Part shown: one piece after another, positions 59,617 to 64,000 of the stretch
How positions within the stretch are numbered: position 1 is the first letter of the stretch
Layout: each line of letters opens with the position of its first letter
Assembly: GCA_002441245.1 (NCBI GenBank)
Contig: DJVP01000012.1
Coordinates: 260,255 to 324,254 of the forward strand
Origin: Candidatus Omnitrophica bacterium UBA6253
GTDB lineage: Bacteria; Omnitrophota; Gorgyraeia; Gygaellales; Profunditerraquicolaceae
DNA length: 64,000 nt
Direction of reading: 5' to 3'
The notes under the pieces: generated by a model
The model's database searches: none
Seen by the model: the letters and a program-made list of their open reading frames with translations, nothing else
Told to the model about the DNA's origin: nothing
Translations under genes and position numbers: made by a program

Positions 59617-60789
59617 TTACTTAATGATGTCTCCGATTTTAAACGTAGTGCTTTTTTTCTTTATGTCACAAGCAGATATATTGCCCCTGGCCTGGATTAC
59701 TTCGATTAAACCTATAGATTTTCCTTCGCGGTAAACATCAAAAGTATCCCCGGTCTTAACGCCAGAGGAAACACCCAAGTCTATAACTACAAAGTTGCTA
59801 TCCGGGTTTACCGCAAGTATTTTACCGGAAGAGGTACCTGATCCCGCTTCTTCCTTCCCCTCAGAAGAAGACAAGGAACGCACGACTATTGCCGGAAGCT
59901 CCACAGACTCTCTGGGCTTATCTTTTGAAACAGGCAAAGTCTTACCGCTTCTTATCAGGTCCAAGTCGTCTTTAAGAGAATCAATTTGAGAAACCCTGTC
60001 TGCAAGCATTGTCTCCATCTCGTTCAGGCGCTTTTCAACCGTAGTCTTACCTTCCTGAAGCTCTTGAATTTTCCTCTCTAAAGCTGCCTTGCGGCTATTC
60101 AGGCTCTTCAATTGTCTGCCAAGGGTTAAATTTTCATTCTTGATTATCTTAAGATTATCCTGAATCTTGGCCTTATCATTTCTTTCCCGGACCACATCTT
60201 GAGCCAAACTGTCTAAAAGCCTTTGGTTATAATCAATCTGCCTTAAAAGGTCCTTCTTTTCATTATTCAGGCTGTTTATATCTATCCCCAAAGCGCTCTT
60301 CTCCCTCTGCAGTGATTCATTGCTAATCTGCAGCTTCCTTAATTCTATACGTATACTGGATAATTGCATCTCTAAATCTGTTTTTGCCTTAAGCACTCCT
60401 GCCCAATAGGCATCAGATGTATTAACCGGAGCAGCCTCAACTTGTTTAGTAATAAATACTTCTCTGGGCTTAGCCTGGCTCTGTTGTTCTAGCTTATTTA
60501 CCAATTCATCTCTGGCGCGGCTGGCCTGTTCAAATTTCTTCTGCAAATCAACAAGCTCCTGCGCCGCTTTATCCCTGTCACCTTTGAGAGAAACCAGCTT
60601 TCTTTGATTCTCTTTTAAATCACCCTCGAGTTGATTTATTTTACCGTTAAGGGCGGCATTTTCGCTTTTTAAATCATTACGTTCCCGGATAAGCATTTGC
60701 TGTGAACTGGTTGCCTGAATAAAAAGGAAAAGGCAAACCAAGGAAAAACCAGCCAAGCCGATAATAATAAATTTTGTTTTATGCTCCAT
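59617..60789 (-). CDS. Membrane-anchored long coiled-coil protein with a small C-terminal beta domain
   Basis: Start taken at MEHKTKFIIIGLAGFSLVCLFLF (a transmembrane helix) after AGGGGGGATT. The track's 57-codon extension is rejected. It has about 300 aa of heptad-rich sequence, then GKILAVNPDSNFVVIDLGVSSGVKTGDTFDVYREGKSIGLIEVIQ. Confidence 0.5.
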   Translation of the reverse strand: MEHKTKFIIIGLAGFSLVCLFLFIQATSSQQMLIRERNDLKSENAALNGKINQLEGDLKENQRKLVSLKGDRDKAAQELVDLQKKFEQASRARDELVNKLEQQSQAKPREVFITKQVEAAPVNTSDAYWAGVLKAKTDLEMQLSSIRIELRKLQISNESLQREKSALGIDINSLNNEKKDLLRQIDYNQRLLDSLAQDVVRERNDKAKIQDNLKIIKNENLTLGRQLKSLNSRKAALERKIQELQEGKTTVEKRLNEMETMLADRVSQIDSLKDDLDLIRSGKTLPVSKDKPRESVELPAIVVRSLSSSEGKEEAGSGTSSGKILAVNPDSNFVVIDLGVSSGVKTGDTFDVYREGKSIGLIEVIQARGNISACDIKKKSTTFKIGDIIK

Positions 60790-60842
60790 AATCCCCCCTG
60801 TTATGGCTTTGCTAAACGGAAGGCAACTATAGCCCTTCCGGA

Positions 60843-62075
60843 TTATAATTGGGCAAAGACTCTCTCTAAAACCAAGCTTGCCGCACCCATGGCCACGGCA
60901 TTCTCTCTTAATTGAGAATAAACAATCTTTAATTCGCTGGTCGCTTCCCGGAAAGCCCAATCCATAACTGTAGACCTGACTTTATTTAAGAAGGCCTCTC
61001 CTGATTCTTCAAGGCCTCCGCCGATAACCACTACCTGCGGGTTTAAGAGATTCACCAAATAAGCAATTTTAATGCCTAATCTTTTAGCTGCTCTATCTAA
61101 AGCCGCCAAAGCTATCTCATTATTTGCCCGCGCAGCGGTAAAAATACTTTTTAAATCTACCTCCTCTGCCCTGGTTGAAGTAATACGGAAAAAATCCTCT
61201 GCCTGTTTCCTGGCGTTAAGCAGGGATGTTTTTACATCATTAACAATTCCCAAATCCATATCCCAGCGTTTAACCAGGCATGGCGCGTTATCCGAACAGC
61301 TAAGTATATCCTGCTCTTTGTAATTATATACGGATACCTCACCGGCGTAACCCTGTGAGCCGCGGTAAAGCTCTCCATTAATCATCATCCCGCAGCCAAC
61401 TCCGGAAAACATATAGAGGACGTTCTTGTATCCTTCCTCTAAATCCAACCAGTGCTCTCCAAAACAAGCGCTAGTGGCGTCATTTTCTATAAGAGTCGGC
61501 AGGTTAAATTCTTTTTCCATTAAGCCTTTTAAGGGCAGGTCTACCGAGGCATAGGTATAATAATGGTCCATTTTCTGCGGCCAATGGATGGAGCTGTCTT
61601 TTTTATTGATTAAACCGGCAACGCCTATGCCGATGCCTTTTATATTTTCAGCATAGCCTTTGGAACGCCTTAGAATCTCGCGTACGATTTCTAATAGACA
61701 TTCGGAAACTTCCTTTACTGACGTCTGCGGCCGGGCGATTTGAGTCTTAGTGATGATATTGCCTTTTAGATCCACCAGCAGGCCGACCATGTTCATCAGA
61801 TTCAGCCCTACGCCGACAGCAAAGCCGGCGCGAGGATTTAAATCTAACAGTACCGGCCTGCGGCCGCCTTCAGATACATCCAGATCCTTTTCATAGACCA
61901 GGTTATATTTTATAAAATCATCAACATAATTAGAGATGGTCACCACGTTTATACCCATCCCCTGCGAAATATCCGAACGGCTTATCGGTCCCCGCTTCCT
62001 GAGTATGTCAAATATTTCAATATTGCGTTTTTCTTTTTCGCTGAAAATTTCCTTCTGTAAATCCAATGTGTGCAT
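60843..62075 (-). CDS. ROK-family (NagC/XylR-type) transcriptional regulator or sugar kinase
   Basis: 410 aa. N-terminal winged HTH plus a ROK sugar-kinase fold (GIGIGVAGLIN, and a CxC...C zinc motif region). Confidence 0.8.
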   Translation of the reverse strand: MHTLDLQKEIFSEKEKRNIEIFDILRKRGPISRSDISQGMGINVVTISNYVDDFIKYNLVYEKDLDVSEGGRRPVLLDLNPRAGFAVGVGLNLMNMVGLLVDLKGNIITKTQIARPQTSVKEVSECLLEIVREILRRSKGYAENIKGIGIGVAGLINKKDSSIHWPQKMDHYYTYASVDLPLKGLMEKEFNLPTLIENDATSACFGEHWLDLEEGYKNVLYMFSGVGCGMMINGELYRGSQGYAGEVSVYNYKEQDILSCSDNAPCLVKRWDMDLGIVNDVKTSLLNARKQAEDFFRITSTRAEEVDLKSIFTAARANNEIALAALDRAAKRLGIKIAYLVNLLNPQVVVIGGGLEESGEAFLNKVRSTVMDWAFREATSELKIVYSQLRENAVAMGAASLVLERVFAQL

Positions 62076-62269
62076 AAAATAGAATTGCCTTTCCCCGTGG
62101 CAAATTAGAGAAAATATTTATCTTATTTATACTACTAAAAAAAGTATAAGTCAAGTATTTTCAAGAGAATCAGTTAAATTTGGGTAATCCTCACAGTAGC
62201 AAGGAAAGTAAAAATAGCGCTTTCCTGTGCTATAAGAAATAATAAGAGCTTGCCTGGCAAGATAGTAAA

Positions 62270-63841
62270 CTAATATACATCCGCCATCGCAAATGAAAGG
62301 TCGGTTATTCCTGCAGGTGAAACTATAACCACATTTATCTCTTTTGTGCCAGTACCTGAATAAGAACTCTCAAAACTCGCATCAGTTGCCTGGGGATTAG
62401 CGCCTCCTAAGTTACCTGACCAGAGATACTGAACCTGAACCTGATTACAACCACTCTCCGGCATATTAGCAAAAGTGGAAACTATAACTTTTTGTTCTTT
62501 TTTCAATATAAAGCTGGAGAGTTTTAATTCAGAGCTGCCTAATTCAACCGGCGCATTTTCTTTTTTTAGGGTTGCGTCCAGGAAAGTCTTTAAATTATAG
62601 CTAAGCTGTTTATTCTCTTCAATTTCTTCAAGCCTGTCATTAGCTTGTGCAACGACTTGCGCATATTTATCTCCAGAACTCTTCAACAACACATCATAAT
62701 ACCCCTTGGCCTTGGCTAAATCACCTTCCCATTGAGCCAATAAACCCAACTGATAAAAACTGGAGATTACCTGGGGGCTGAATGCAGTCTTGGCAATAAG
62801 CTTGTCAAAATATTCCCTGGCTTTCTGAACATCCGCCAATACATACGCGTTGATCATGGCAATCTTATAAACAGCCTCATCAAAATGCCTGGTATCCGGA
62901 TAAAGCTGGACCAGTTTAGAATAAAGCTCGCCAGCTTTTTTATAATCCCTGGATTTCTCTAAGTTAAAGGCCCGTAGGTAGATTGATTCCTCGTTAAAAC
63001 TATTTTCCTGGCCCAACTCATCTATTTTGGTATAAATTTTCTCCGCATAGGGCATATCATATAAACCTGGCGCCTTATAAACAAATAGGCTGGCGATCTC
63101 AAATAATTCCGGGGTTAATTTTTCGGGAGTCAAATCCCTGTAAATTCTCTCAAGATAAATATCGTAAACAGTTTCGGCTAATTCAAGGTTACCGTCTTTA
63201 TAAAAACCCAAGCCTACGTTTTTTAACTCGGCATCGCTGATTTTACCTGAAGCAAGCTTATTTACATAAAGTTTATAAATTGCGCGTGCCCCCGGCTTTT
63301 CATCAGTTGATAAAAGTTTATCTGCGATAACTTTTATCAACCCTGGGTCATCTGCTACCTTAGCATAAGTACTTACATCTGCTATTAATTCATCCAACCC
63401 TTGCTCTCCAAAAGTATTCTGCTGATCATGGTAAAACTGCCAAAGTAAAAACCTGCTCTTGGGCCTCAAGCAACTGCTGCTATCGGTTTCAGCAATAGCC
63501 TTTTTAACATTTTCCAAGATTTGGTCGCGATAGGTATTGCCATTGCTAAAATAATCATCCCATAGCTGTTTTTCTTCCAAGTGTTTAAGCTGTGCATAAC
63601 GGCTAAGCGCCTTATAATAATCCAGGCAGCCGGCAGGAAGACTCTTTTTGTCTTTAAAATTACCAAGGAAATCGACAAATTCATTATAACGGTTATCTTT
63701 AAAATAATCTGTCTTTGACTCTTCTATGTTGGCGCAACAGGCAACCCCTGTGGCGGTATTTTCAGCAGCGGCTTTGGAAGAAAACGACGCCCATAAGAAC
63801 ATACTTAAAATAAATACTGTAAACTTTATACTCTTTGACAT
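62270..63841 (-). CDS. Secreted TPR-repeat protein
   Basis: 523 aa. Signal peptide and multiple TPR-like helical repeats. I recognise no catalytic motif. Confidence 0.55.
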   Translation of the reverse strand: MSKSIKFTVFILSMFLWASFSSKAAAENTATGVACCANIEESKTDYFKDNRYNEFVDFLGNFKDKKSLPAGCLDYYKALSRYAQLKHLEEKQLWDDYFSNGNTYRDQILENVKKAIAETDSSSCLRPKSRFLLWQFYHDQQNTFGEQGLDELIADVSTYAKVADDPGLIKVIADKLLSTDEKPGARAIYKLYVNKLASGKISDAELKNVGLGFYKDGNLELAETVYDIYLERIYRDLTPEKLTPELFEIASLFVYKAPGLYDMPYAEKIYTKIDELGQENSFNEESIYLRAFNLEKSRDYKKAGELYSKLVQLYPDTRHFDEAVYKIAMINAYVLADVQKAREYFDKLIAKTAFSPQVISSFYQLGLLAQWEGDLAKAKGYYDVLLKSSGDKYAQVVAQANDRLEEIEENKQLSYNLKTFLDATLKKENAPVELGSSELKLSSFILKKEQKVIVSTFANMPESGCNQVQVQYLWSGNLGGANPQATDASFESSYSGTGTKEINVVIVSPAGITDLSFAMADVY

Positions 63842-63860
63842 AAATACTCCTCCTAATATC

Positions 63861-64000
63861 CTAATGAAGTTTTCTGCCGCGCGTTTTTTTTAAAACCGGG
63901 TGTTTCCAGAATTCCCTGATTACGTAATACGCCTTTCGCGGGATGCGCTTATTCAGGCCGTTTTCCATCTGATCACCCAGGGCAACTATACCAAACCATT
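63861..64000 (-). CDS. C-terminal fragment of an unidentified protein. The 5' end is outside the window.
   Basis: Open frame ...WFGIVALGDQMENGLNKRIPRKAYYVIREFWKHPVLKKTRGRKLH*, with its stop at about 63861-63863. Only 46 codons are visible. Confidence 0.25.
   Translation of the reverse strand, partial: WFGIVALGDQMENGLNKRIPRKAYYVIREFWKHPVLKKTRGRKLH

Overview
The window is a 64 kb bacterial segment of roughly 43-45% GC. I judge that by eye, not by computation. Every protein-coding gene I can support (about 60) lies on the minus strand. Gene spacing is tight, overlapping start and stop codons are frequent, and AAGGAGG-type ribosome-binding sites are strong. I found no rRNA, tRNA, CRISPR array or mobile-element genes. 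The content points to an anaerobic diderm: outer-membrane beta-barrels ending in Phe, ExbB/ExbD, type III glutamine synthetase, and two [FeFe] hydrogenases. I cannot assign a phylum from sequence alone. From high to low coordinate the window holds five parts. (1) A phosphate block: lacI-family regulator, ROK regulator, nrdJ, mnmG, a QueG-like Fe-S protein, phoB, a PiT transporter with its DUF47 partner, phoR, a stand-alone receiver, a porin, pstSCAB-phoU and lrp. (2) An operon of an aminotransferase, a GAF-ANTAR regulator and nadE. It is followed by a promoter, a structured leader and two tandem terminators ahead of an ECF-type sigma gene. (3) A large nitrogen-assimilation cluster: OMP, amt-glnK, amt-glnB, GS-III glnN, a Fis-type regulator and gltBD. 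(4) exbBD and a complete F1Fo ATP synthase operon, atpIBEFHAGDC. Its atpH is broken by a frameshift in a T7 run, and its epsilon subunit has only the N-terminal domain. (5) A redox island. It runs rex, then a trimeric-type [FeFe] hydrogenase whose flavoprotein is a NuoF-GltD fusion and whose HydA carries a TSCSPGW L1 motif. Next comes a tetrameric Hnd-type [FeFe] hydrogenase, a small TM1266-like regulator preceded by an unusual tandem-hairpin leader, the maturases hydG/hydE/hydF, and nfnAB (nfnB runs off the window at base 1). The three most interesting items follow. First, an ANTAR-type dual-hexaloop element whose second hairpin overlaps a terminator, sitting next to the ANTAR regulator gene. 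Second, the atypical second hydrogenase module. Third, the leader upstream of the putative hydrogenase-system regulator: two 46-nt tandem hairpin repeats, a 20-codon ORF and a mini-terminator.
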